32,000 bases of DNA from Candidatus Saccharimonadota bacterium (GCA_001029695.1 CP011211.1:90001-122000), one strand, 5' to 3'; counted from the first letter of the stretch, positions 8,303 to 15,451 are shown. Notes: generated by a model from the sequence alone, not told the origin. Made by a program: numbers and translations.

Positions 8303-8650
8303 ATTCTTATTCCCCCTCTTAAGAAAAAGTTGTTCATTTTTGAGTAAACAAAAACTGACTACGAGAAAATCGGTCAGCTACGGATTTGTGGGTGGAACTA
8401 CGAGGCTGGCATCCGTCACCGCGAGACGAGTGTCATTTAAATTGCCTGAAGTAGCGATTGAATATGAAGATGACAGGGACGCTTCAGCTAAATGCTCGAG
8501 TGTGTGTATCACCTATGTAGTTATAATGGTCTGAAAGTGAAAAGTTACCTAAATGGCTCCAGTACTCCCATGACCTATACTCTAGTATACGCTTCGTATC
8601 AGTTGAACGGTCAATAGCATGAGCGTTTTTTACAACCGATTTTACGGCAA
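8303..8650 (-). promoter_or_regulatory. ~350-nt non-coding region: candidate long structured 5' leader or sRNA upstream of the 83-aa gene
   Basis: No credible ORF on either strand. Minus strand has TTGACC-19-TATACT (8584-8614). A terminator-like hairpin GCTGAC/GTCAGT plus TTTTTGTTT lies at 8346-8378. A competing helix pairs ACGGAT/ATCCGT (8411-8416 / 8380-8385). Confidence 0.3.
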
Positions 8651-8709
8651 AGAAAAAAGAGCAAGGAGCTCTGTACTGTTGGATGGGTATGTCCAACAGT
8701 ACAGAGCTA
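8650..8709 (-). terminator. strong rho-independent terminator of the 95-aa gene
   Basis: 17-bp perfect stem AGCTCTGTACTGTTGGA (8667-8683) / TCCAACAGTACAGAGCT (8692-8708). On the minus strand it is followed by CTTGCTCTTTTTTCTTT. Confidence 0.85.
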
Positions 8710-8714
8710 GGCTC

Positions 8715-9002
8715 TCAGGCGGAAGCTAGTCCATGTATGGCATCGAGTGATTGCCGTATCCATTCAACGATCAGACTGAGAGAGTGCGAGATACAGATGT
8801 TCATACGAGCTCTATCTGCCGCAGAAGTCTCCAGATGTGTATTGATTGACGCGATGACAAACACTTTACACACCACAACGTCACGCGGATCGTGCTGCTC
8901 GTCGAGCTCTACTGCTAGATACTCGCTGAAGAGTGTGTAGACATGCTCGTTGGTAGAAAGCGACTCGAATACTGCATGATCTATGGACTGCTGGGTATCC
9001 AT
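8715..9002 (-). CDS. hypothetical protein (95 aa)
   Basis: AAGGAG lies 8 nt upstream of the ATG. It is flanked by a perfect-consensus promoter and a 17-bp terminator. No family recognised. Confidence 0.65.
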   Translation of the reverse strand: MDTQQSIDHAVFESLSTNEHVYTLFSEYLAVELDEQHDPRDVVVCKVFVIASINTHLETSAADRARMNICISHSLSLIVEWIRQSLDAIHGLASA

Positions 9003-9065
9003 GCTGTGAGCTCCTTGCTCGTAGGGTATGTCGGAAGGTGCAATCTTGTAAGACTATATATTTAT

Positions 9066-9094
9066 ATTATAACAATTTATAAAGTTTATGTCAA
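9066..9094 (-). promoter_or_regulatory. perfect consensus sigma70 promoter TTGACA-17-TATAAT
   Basis: The minus strand reads TTGACA (9089-9094), a 17-nt spacer, then TATAAT (9066-9071). The -35 overlaps the PAP2 stop codon. Confidence 0.8.
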
Positions 9095-9792
9095 TTCTTA
9101 GTGGTGTTGTCTACGCGCTCTTGTCTATTGGTAAAAAAGGTATGAGCGATACTCGTAACGATAATCACCCATGCAAAGCTTGCGCACCAGCCTGCGATGA
9201 TGTCGCTTGGATAATGAACGCCAAGGTATAGTCTCGTAAAGCCGATCATCGCGATATATAATGCGGCGACGATAGCGACAGCGACCCGGTACTTCGTCCC
9301 CCAGAAGATTGATACAAGCGCGAGCGCCAGCGCACTCGAAAGCATTGCATGACCACTAGGAAACGAATACGACGACTCGGTAACGAGGTGCGTCCATAGT
9401 TCAGGACGCGAGCGTCCAAACAGGAGCTTTAAGCCAAAGTTTAACACTCCTGCTCCACCGATACTCAGTGCAATCATTGCGGCTGAGCGCCACTGTTTTT
9501 TGAACGCGTAGAGCGCTATGAGTATTAGACTGATGGTTGAGACTGCGATCACTCCTCCGAGTTCTGTTGCCCAGACGACGATAGTGTCGAGGGTCGTAGT
9601 GGCTCGGTGATTGATAGCAAGTAGTATTCGATCGTCAATTCGTGCCGTCTCGCCTTCGCTTACTTCTCGTGCAAGATACATAAATACCGTAGCGACGAGT
9701 CCTGCGATGGCGCCAGCAAGGAGCAGTTTTCCTAAAGTTGTGCGACCAATCGGTCGCTTTAGCTCTGTATATGATGTATGTTTTGCTGGCAT
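9091..9792 (-). CDS. PAP2 family phosphatase (phosphatidic acid / undecaprenyl-diphosphate phosphatase-like)
   Basis: All three PAP2 motifs are present: KLLFGRSRP, PSGH, TRLYLGVHYPSD. Multi-TM protein. Confidence 0.9.
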   Translation of the reverse strand: MPAKHTSYTELKRPIGRTTLGKLLLAGAIAGLVATVFMYLAREVSEGETARIDDRILLAINHRATTTLDTIVVWATELGGVIAVSTISLILIALYAFKKQWRSAAMIALSIGGAGVLNFGLKLLFGRSRPELWTHLVTESSYSFPSGHAMLSSALALALVSIFWGTKYRVAVAIVAALYIAMIGFTRLYLGVHYPSDIIAGWCASFAWVIIVTSIAHTFFTNRQERVDNTTKN

Positions 9793-9846
9793 ATCTTTCT
9801 ATTATACCAATACAGTAGACCTGTGAGTTGGTATAATAGAAAGATA
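9792..9846. promoter_or_regulatory. 19-bp perfect inverted repeat carrying two back-to-back extended -10 promoters (TTGGTATAATAGAAAGATA on each strand)
   Basis: 9792-9810 (TATCTTTCTATTATACCAA) is the exact reverse complement of 9828-9846, with a 17-nt spacer. The left arm ends in the A of the PAP2 ATG. The right arm drives the AKR gene. Confidence 0.7.
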
Positions 9847-9880
9847 GAATGTGTTAATTGTGCGTAGGAGGAGGAATCTC

Positions 9881-10777
9881 ATGAATGATGTGCCGACAGT
9901 AACGCTCAATAATGGTGTACAGATGCCGCAGCTCGGTTTAGGTGTGTGGCAGGCAAAAGACGGCGAAGAGGTAGAGTCTGCAGTGCTCGCTGCCCTGGAG
10001 GTCGGATATAGGCTTATCGATACGGCGGCAGTGTATGGTAATGAAACGGGGGTTGGGCGTGCAATTGCTAAAAGCGGTGTTCCGCGTGATGAGTTATTCG
10101 TCACGACAAAGCTTTGGAACTCCGACCAGGGCTATGACAAAACACTCGATGCATTTGATAAAAGCCTGACGCGCCTAGGGCTTGATTATATCGACTTATA
10201 CCTTATTCACTGGCCAGTGCCCGCTGCAGGCAAGATGGTTGAGACGTGGCGGGCCTTTGAGCAGCTATATAGTGATAAGAAAGTACGCGCCATAGGGGTG
10301 TGTAACTTCACTCCACAGCACCTTGAACTTCTTATGCATGACACTGCGGTGGTACCTGCGGTAAACCAAGTTGAGCTACATCCTCGCTTCACTCAGCAAG
10401 AGACACGCGATTTTTGTAAGGCACACGGCATACAAGTAGAATCATGGAGTCCTATTGGTGGAGGTGGCGGGGATCTTCTTAGTGAACCTCTACTAAAAGA
10501 GATCGGCGACAAATACGGTAAATCCCCTGCACAAACAGTAATTCGTTGGCATCTTCAAAATGAGCTGGTTGTGATTCCAAAATCAACACATTCTGCTCGG
10601 ATTGCAGAAAATTTCGATGTATTTGACTTCGAGCTGTCAGATGATGATATGAGTGCGATGCGTTCGCTCGACACCAAGTCGCGCGTCGGTGCTGATCCTG
10701 ATACGATGAATGCTGGTGTTCCATTGGGGCTGGCGCAATTTGCGCACAAACTAGGACTTGTGAAGTGGCGCAAATAA
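9881..10777 (+). CDS. aldo/keto reductase (DkgA / 2,5-diketo-D-gluconate reductase-like)
   Basis: AKR catalytic tetrad context: DTAAVYGNE, TTKLWN, LIHWP. Start reset to ATG 9881 behind AGGAGGAGGA (9866-9875). Confidence 0.92.
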   Translation: MNDVPTVTLNNGVQMPQLGLGVWQAKDGEEVESAVLAALEVGYRLIDTAAVYGNETGVGRAIAKSGVPRDELFVTTKLWNSDQGYDKTLDAFDKSLTRLGLDYIDLYLIHWPVPAAGKMVETWRAFEQLYSDKKVRAIGVCNFTPQHLELLMHDTAVVPAVNQVELHPRFTQQETRDFCKAHGIQVESWSPIGGGGGDLLSEPLLKEIGDKYGKSPAQTVIRWHLQNELVVIPKSTHSARIAENFDVFDFELSDDDMSAMRSLDTKSRVGADPDTMNAGVPLGLAQFAHKLGLVKWRK

Positions 10778-12192
10778 CGACAGACCTATCTTCACCTATG
10801 GTATTTGTCGACGTAGAAACGGACGGCATGAACTATGTAAATGGACACGTCATCGAGGTGGCGGCGATCCGCGTAGAAAATGGTGAGATTGTTGATGAAT
10901 TTCGTTCACTGATCAACCCAGGCAAGTCGGTTCCCTACTTTATTACAAATATCACAGGAATTACGACGAGTGACGTGCAGGATGCGCCGAAGTTTGATGA
11001 AATTGCTGACCAGCTGTATGAAGTAATGGAGGGTGCACTGTTTGTGGCACATAACGTACGGTTTGATTATTCGTTTCTGAAACAAGAGTTCAAGCGAATT
11101 GGTATGGATTTTGCCCCACGGCAACTCTGTACGGTTCGACTTAGTCGTGCACTGTATCCGGAGGTGAAAGGCCATAAGCTTGCTGACCTTATCGCGAGAC
11201 ATGGCTTTAGTTTTACAGATAGGCACCGAGCGTATGACGATGCATTAGTGCTATGGCAGTTTATGCAGCTTATCCGCCAGGAGTTTAGTGAACAGGTTGT
11301 TGATCAAGCATTTAAGAAGCAGTTGCGTCACCCTTCGCTCCCTCGGCAGCTTTCGTGGGATATCGTCAATAACTTACCGGAGTCTCACGGTGTGTATTAT
11401 TTTGATGATGAGCAAGGTGTACCAATTTATATAGGAAAGAGCGTCAACATTAGACGTAGGGTGATGAGTCACTTTACTCGCGATACTGAGGAAAACAAGG
11501 AATTTAAAATGGCACAGCAGGTCCATCATATCCGTTATGAGCAAACCGGCGGTGAGCTTGAAGCACTCCTACTTGAGTCTCATCTTATTAAAACGATCCA
11601 ACCGCTATATAATCGACGCCTCCGAAGACAGCGCGAACTCGTCGTCGCTCGGCAGACATTTGATGCGCACGGGTATAGTATTGTCGGGCTTGAGAGCCTA
11701 ACGCTTAGCGACGAACCGCTTGAGCGTAACATTCTTGCAACCTATAGCCGCAGGGCGCAAGCGAAGGAGTCTCTTCTTCGTACAGTACGTGATTTTCGGC
11801 TGTGTCCGAAACTCTGCGGGTTAGAAAAAGCAAAGGGTGCTTGTTTTTCGTACCAGCTAGGTAAATGCGCTGGCGCTTGTGTCGGCGAGGAATTACCTGC
11901 GTCCTATAACCAGCGGGTGGAAGAGGCATTTGACAGGAAGCGGATAGAATCATGGCCGCACGAGGGGCCTGTGCTTGTGGCTGAAAGCACCGAGGGGGTT
12001 CATAAGGGGTTTGTCGTTGACGATTGGCGAATCATTGGCCATATTGAGCAAGAAGAAGATTTTGACGCTGTGTTTCGATCGAATGAACAGCCATTCGACC
12101 TTGATGCCTATCGTATTCTTCATGCATTTATGACATCAAATAAAAAAGTTCGCGTAACGCCGCTCGCGAGGGACTATCTCGACTCTTTATGA
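10765..12192 (+). CDS. DnaQ-like 3'-5' exonuclease fused to a GIY-YIG (UvrC/Cho-like) nuclease domain
   Basis: N-terminal DEDD exonuclease motifs (VFVDVETDG, VAHNVRFDYSFL, H-x4-D: HRAYDDA). Central GIY-YIG (HGVYYFDDEQGVPIYIGKSVNIRRR). Cys cluster C-x8-C-x7-C-x3-C. The start is either GTG 10765 (13-nt overlap with the AKR gene) or ATG 10798. Confidence 0.85.
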   Translation: MAQITTDLSSPMVFVDVETDGMNYVNGHVIEVAAIRVENGEIVDEFRSLINPGKSVPYFITNITGITTSDVQDAPKFDEIADQLYEVMEGALFVAHNVRFDYSFLKQEFKRIGMDFAPRQLCTVRLSRALYPEVKGHKLADLIARHGFSFTDRHRAYDDALVLWQFMQLIRQEFSEQVVDQAFKKQLRHPSLPRQLSWDIVNNLPESHGVYYFDDEQGVPIYIGKSVNIRRRVMSHFTRDTEENKEFKMAQQVHHIRYEQTGGELEALLLESHLIKTIQPLYNRRLRRQRELVVARQTFDAHGYSIVGLESLTLSDEPLERNILATYSRRAQAKESLLRTVRDFRLCPKLCGLEKAKGACFSYQLGKCAGACVGEELPASYNQRVEEAFDRKRIESWPHEGPVLVAESTEGVHKGFVVDDWRIIGHIEQEEDFDAVFRSNEQPFDLDAYRILHAFMTSNKKVRVTPLARDYLDSL

Positions 12193-12205
12193 TACGCTAG
12201 TACAG

Positions 12206-13414
12206 ATGAAAAAAGCACTTGAATTTACTATTCACCATAGACTGGATGGCGCATTGGCGCGAACTGGCACAATCACGACACCTCACGGTGTGATCGAGAC
12301 GCCGGCATTTATTCCAGTTGGGACTAAGGCAACGCTAAAGGCGCTGACTCCGGAGCAGCTCGAAGAAGTTGACGCACAGGCGGTACTTGCTAACGCGTAT
12401 CACCTTTACCTTAGGCCTGGCCATGAAATAATCGACAAAGCAGGCGGTCTAGGTCAGTTTATGCATTGGAATAAGCCGACATTTACCGATAGTGGTGGAT
12501 TTCAAGTAATGAGTCTTGGTGTTGGGTTTAAAAAGATAATTGATATGGATGGCAAGACTGATGAAAGGCCACTTAGTAAAAAGGAGAAGCTCGCTTGGAT
12601 TGACAATGATGGTGTCACTTTTAAGTCGCATCTTGATGGAAGTTATCATAAGTTTACACCTGAGCTTTCTATGCAGATTCAGCATGGGATTGGTGCGGAC
12701 ATTACGTTTGCCTTCGATGAGCTTACGACACTTCATCATGACTATAACTACCAAGTGGAGTCTCTTCACGACAGGACTCATCCATGGGCGGTTCGTAGCC
12801 TAGAGGAGCATAAACGCCTTAACGAAGAGCGTTCTCATCGCCCGCCGCAAGCACTTTTTGGTGTTGTCCAAGGGGCGAATTATGAAGACCTCCGTCGTGA
12901 ATGTTCACGTTTCTTGGGTGCCATGGACTTTGACGGCTTTGGACTAGGCGGTGCATTTACAAAAGAAAACATTGGTGAAATCACTGGTTGGATGTGTCAG
13001 GAACTCCCGGAAGATAAGCCGCGTCATATGCTTGGTATTTCGGAGCCAGATGATATCTTTGATTGTATTGAAAATGGTGCTGATACCTTTGACTGCGTCT
13101 CCCCTGCTCGCGTTGGTCGAAACGGTGCATTGTATACGAAGTTTGGCCGCGTAAATGTCACCCGCCTGCAGTACAAAGAGGACTTTACGTCGTTCGATGA
13201 GACATGTGATTGTTATACCTGTCAAAACTACACAAGTGCATACCTGCATCACCTGTTCAAAGCAGGAGAACTTTTGGCAAACACACTCGCGACGATCCAT
13301 AATGAGCGTTTTATCATTAAGCTTGTCGATGATATTCGCGGAAGTATCGCAGATGGTTCTTTTTATGAATTCAAAAAAGAATTTCTCGACAACTACTATT
13401 CGAAAAAACAGTAG
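12206..13414 (+). CDS. tgt: tRNA-guanine transglycosylase (queuine tRNA-ribosyltransferase)
   Basis: TDSGGFQ, GISEPDD, FDCVSPARVGRNG, and the zinc site CDCYTC...H. 402 aa, with an insertion after the DSGGFQ strand. Confidence 0.9.
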   Translation: MKKALEFTIHHRLDGALARTGTITTPHGVIETPAFIPVGTKATLKALTPEQLEEVDAQAVLANAYHLYLRPGHEIIDKAGGLGQFMHWNKPTFTDSGGFQVMSLGVGFKKIIDMDGKTDERPLSKKEKLAWIDNDGVTFKSHLDGSYHKFTPELSMQIQHGIGADITFAFDELTTLHHDYNYQVESLHDRTHPWAVRSLEEHKRLNEERSHRPPQALFGVVQGANYEDLRRECSRFLGAMDFDGFGLGGAFTKENIGEITGWMCQELPEDKPRHMLGISEPDDIFDCIENGADTFDCVSPARVGRNGALYTKFGRVNVTRLQYKEDFTSFDETCDCYTCQNYTSAYLHHLFKAGELLANTLATIHNERFIIKLVDDIRGSIADGSFYEFKKEFLDNYYSKKQ

Positions 13415-13441
13415 GTCATCACTTTTGCATATGTCAATATA

Positions 13442-13450
13442 TGCTATAAT
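13442..13450 (+). promoter_or_regulatory. extended -10 element TGCTATAAT for the AI-2E transporter gene
   Basis: TGCTATAAT at 13442-13450, then AAGAGG (13465-13470) 7 nt upstream of ATG 13478. Confidence 0.55.
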
Positions 13451-13477
13451 TTGAGTAAACTTATAAGAGGTAAAATT

Positions 13478-14611
13478 ATGAAAGTACGTATTGAAATCGA
13501 TACGCAGACATTTGTTCGATTCTGGCTAGTAGTTATTGGCTTTGCGCTTGCTGCGTTTGCTATATTTAGTGCGAGAGACGCCCTGATTCTCGTAGGCACC
13601 TCCTTCTTCTTGGCGCTTGTCCTTAATCGCCCTGTGAATGCGTTAGCAAAGCTTCTTCCGGGTAAGAGCAGAATCGGCGCGACAGCACTTTCTTATATTG
13701 CCGTGGTGGCATTTTTGTCTGTGATTGTCTTTATGGTCATACCGCCTATCGTGCAGCAGAGCGTTAAGTTCGCCGAGACCGTACCAGGTCTTATCGATGG
13801 TGCAAGCAATCAATGGGATGGTGTCAATCATTTTGTCGATCAGTACGGTCTTCGCCCACAAGTGGATAATGCCGTGGCATCAGTGAAAAATAATGCTGCT
13901 TCTTGGGCGGCAAATATTGGACAAAACCTACTATCTGGTATTGGTTCGTTTGCCTCGCTTATAGCATCTGCGTTTTTGGTGTTTGTGCTTTCCTTCCTGA
14001 TGCTTATTGAAGGACCAACATGGCTTAAGCGTATTTGGGGTGTCTATAACGATACTGACCGCATGGAGGCACACAGGACGCTTGCAACACGCATGTATAA
14101 AGTTGTTTCAGGGTATGTTACTGGCCAGCTGACGGTATCAGGTATTGGTGCGGTAAGTGCGGGGTTGTTCGTATTTATACTGAGCCTTATCTTCCCGCAG
14201 GTTGAAGCAAATCTCGCTATGCCGACGGTAGCGATAGCATTTACGTTCTCACTTATTCCGATGTTTGGCGCAACAATTGCAGGAATTCTTGTGACGCTAC
14301 TCCTACTCCTCAATAGCGTACCTGCGGCAATCGCATTCCTCGTGTTCTTTATCATCTATCAGCAGATCGAAAACAATTTCATCTCTCCGGTGATCCAATC
14401 AAAGACCGTTGAGCTGTCTGCGCTAGCAGTTCTCGTAGCGGTGACAATTGGTCTCTATGTGTTTGGTCTTGCTGGCGGAATTATATCGATTCCTATCGCG
14501 GGGTGTATCAAAGTGCTTCTTGAAGACTACTTGTCTCGCGCAAAAGTTCAGCGCACAAAAAGTGACAAACCTCTTCATAAGTTAGTGAAGAAACTGCAAA
14601 AAGAAGCGTAG
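13478..14611 (+). CDS. AI-2E family transporter (PerM/UPF0118)
   Basis: ~8-TM protein with family-typical features: the QQIENNFISPVIQSK motif and a charged C-terminus. Start reset from TTG 13451 to the SD-preceded ATG. Confidence 0.85.
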   Translation: MKVRIEIDTQTFVRFWLVVIGFALAAFAIFSARDALILVGTSFFLALVLNRPVNALAKLLPGKSRIGATALSYIAVVAFLSVIVFMVIPPIVQQSVKFAETVPGLIDGASNQWDGVNHFVDQYGLRPQVDNAVASVKNNAASWAANIGQNLLSGIGSFASLIASAFLVFVLSFLMLIEGPTWLKRIWGVYNDTDRMEAHRTLATRMYKVVSGYVTGQLTVSGIGAVSAGLFVFILSLIFPQVEANLAMPTVAIAFTFSLIPMFGATIAGILVTLLLLLNSVPAAIAFLVFFIIYQQIENNFISPVIQSKTVELSALAVLVAVTIGLYVFGLAGGIISIPIAGCIKVLLEDYLSRAKVQRTKSDKPLHKLVKKLQKEA

Positions 14612-14636
14612 GGCTGTACTCGTAGAAAAAAACGAT

Positions 14637-14664
14637 GCCCCGTCCGAAATAAATCGGACGGGGC
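14637..14664. terminator. bidirectional intrinsic terminator between convergent genes
   Basis: 11-bp stem GCCCCGTCCGA / TCGGACGGGGC, loop AATAAA, with an A-run upstream and TTATTCGTT downstream. Confidence 0.8.
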
Positions 14665-14686
14665 TTATTCGTTACCAGCGGTATAG

Positions 14687-14857
14687 CTAGTGTTTGCTTT
14701 TGCCAGCTATGCCTTCGACAATCGCCTCTATGGTGTTCCACTCTTTATTCCAACGGGCTTGTTGCTCTTCGGGAGTTTCTTCCGGGCGGAGGCGTGCGGC
14801 TTTTACGGCTTCTGCGACCTCCTCGTCTATGCGCCTGCGAACTGGGTTTTCGCTCAT
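14687..14857 (-). CDS. small hypothetical protein B (56 aa; MSENPVRRRIDEEVAEAVKAARL...)
   Basis: Its start ATG overlaps the stop of upstream ORF A in an ATGA junction (14854-14857). The track's longer 97-aa form has a low-complexity N-terminus that overlaps ORF A out of frame. Confidence 0.5.
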   Translation of the reverse strand: MSENPVRRRIDEEVAEAVKAARLRPEETPEEQQARWNKEWNTIEAIVEGIAGKSKH

Positions 14858-15057
14858 CGCAGGAATCCAATCGCAAGAAAATAGTTTCGGGTTGCTCGAA
14901 CTTCCTCGTCTATAGCAGCCTGAACAGCCATCATATGCACTCTGGATTTTTTCTCTAGTCGAGCGCTTCTTTGAGCCCATTTCTCCTTGCGTATGTTGGA
15001 AAGTGGGCTATAGGGCCTTGGTAGTGGTTGATGCCTGCGGTGACGTGGGCGGCGCAT
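14854..15057 (-). CDS. small arginine-rich hypothetical protein A (67 aa)
   Basis: ORF directly downstream of a near-consensus promoter. It shares an IDEEV motif and an 11-nt DNA repeat (TCCTCGTCTAT at 14820-14830 and 14903-14913) with ORF B. Confidence 0.5.
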   Translation of the reverse strand: MRRPRHRRHQPLPRPYSPLSNIRKEKWAQRSARLEKKSRVHMMAVQAAIDEEVRATRNYFLAIGFLR

Positions 15058-15110
15058 TGTTTAGCCTAACTGTCGAAGGAACGAATAATACGATACGAGT
15101 ATCTTAATAT

Positions 15111-15139
15111 ATTATAGCATATTTTAAAGTATATATCAA
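15111..15139 (-). promoter_or_regulatory. promoter TTGATA-17-(TGC)TATAAT for the small A/B operon
   Basis: The minus strand reads TTGATA (15134-15139), a 17-nt spacer ending in TGC, then TATAAT (15111-15116). Confidence 0.7.
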
Positions 15140-15151
15140 TTCTCTCCTGCT

Positions 15152-15190
15152 TAAAGAAAAATGCCTCGCCCGAAAATTATCGGGCGAGGC
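15152..15190 (-). terminator. rho-independent terminator after small ORF S
   Basis: 11-bp stem GCCTCGCCCGA (15163-15173) / TCGGGCGAGGC (15180-15190). On the minus strand it is followed by ATTTTTCTTT. Confidence 0.8.
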
Positions 15191-15203
15191 GGTTGTTCGA
15201 GGT

Positions 15204-15374
15204 CTAGCCTTCTGTCAAATGAAGCTCGTTGGTGGTTAGAAGACATTTAGGAGTCTCGCTGTTTTGCTTTTCCATACGCCACAGTGCACGAAGCTGGTCT
15301 CTCCTCGCGCGCTGTTTATCGGTGCGTCGAGTGCCGCGCCGCTTGTAGTGTACTTTGGTTCTATGAAAGCTCAC
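15204..15374 (-). CDS. candidate small basic protein S (56 aa; MSFHRTKVHYKRRGTRRTDKQRARRDQLRALWRMEKQNSETPKCLLTTNELHLTEG)
   Basis: Not in the ORF track (<60 aa); translated by hand. GTG start lies 6 nt after GAAGGAG (15381-15387). The stop TAG (15204-15206) is 14 nt before its own terminator. Confidence 0.5.
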   Translation of the reverse strand: MSFHRTKVHYKRRGTRRTDKQRARRDQLRALWRMEKQNSETPKCLLTTNELHLTEG

Positions 15375-15451
15375 TGCACACTCCTTCGAGAGAGGATCGA
15401 ACGAACAATATATACTATATCATTATATAACGATAATACAATAGTTAAAGC

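Noticed and set aside
8303-8650. RNase P RNA, tmRNA, a TPP riboswitch or a preQ1 riboswitch in the long non-coding region.
   Set aside because: There is no GAGGAAAGUCC or ACAGAA-type RNase P motif and no tRNA-like 3' end. The GGAUGCCAGCC segment only superficially resembles the TPP GCCAGCG element, and there is no CUGAGA. The CACCCACAAAUCC stretch does not fit a preQ1-I fold. I kept it only as an unclassified candidate.
14687-14980. The 97-aa ORF-track version of small ORF B, with AAGGAG immediately upstream of its ATG. This could indicate a frameshifted pseudogene or programmed frameshift with the overlapping 67-aa ORF A.
   Set aside because: The SD-to-ATG spacing is only 2 nt. The extra N-terminal 41 residues are Ser/Gly/Arg-rich and look like out-of-frame translation. 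The ATGA stop/start junction at 14854-14857, plus the IDEEV motif in the A frame, fits two coupled small genes better. This remains uncertain.
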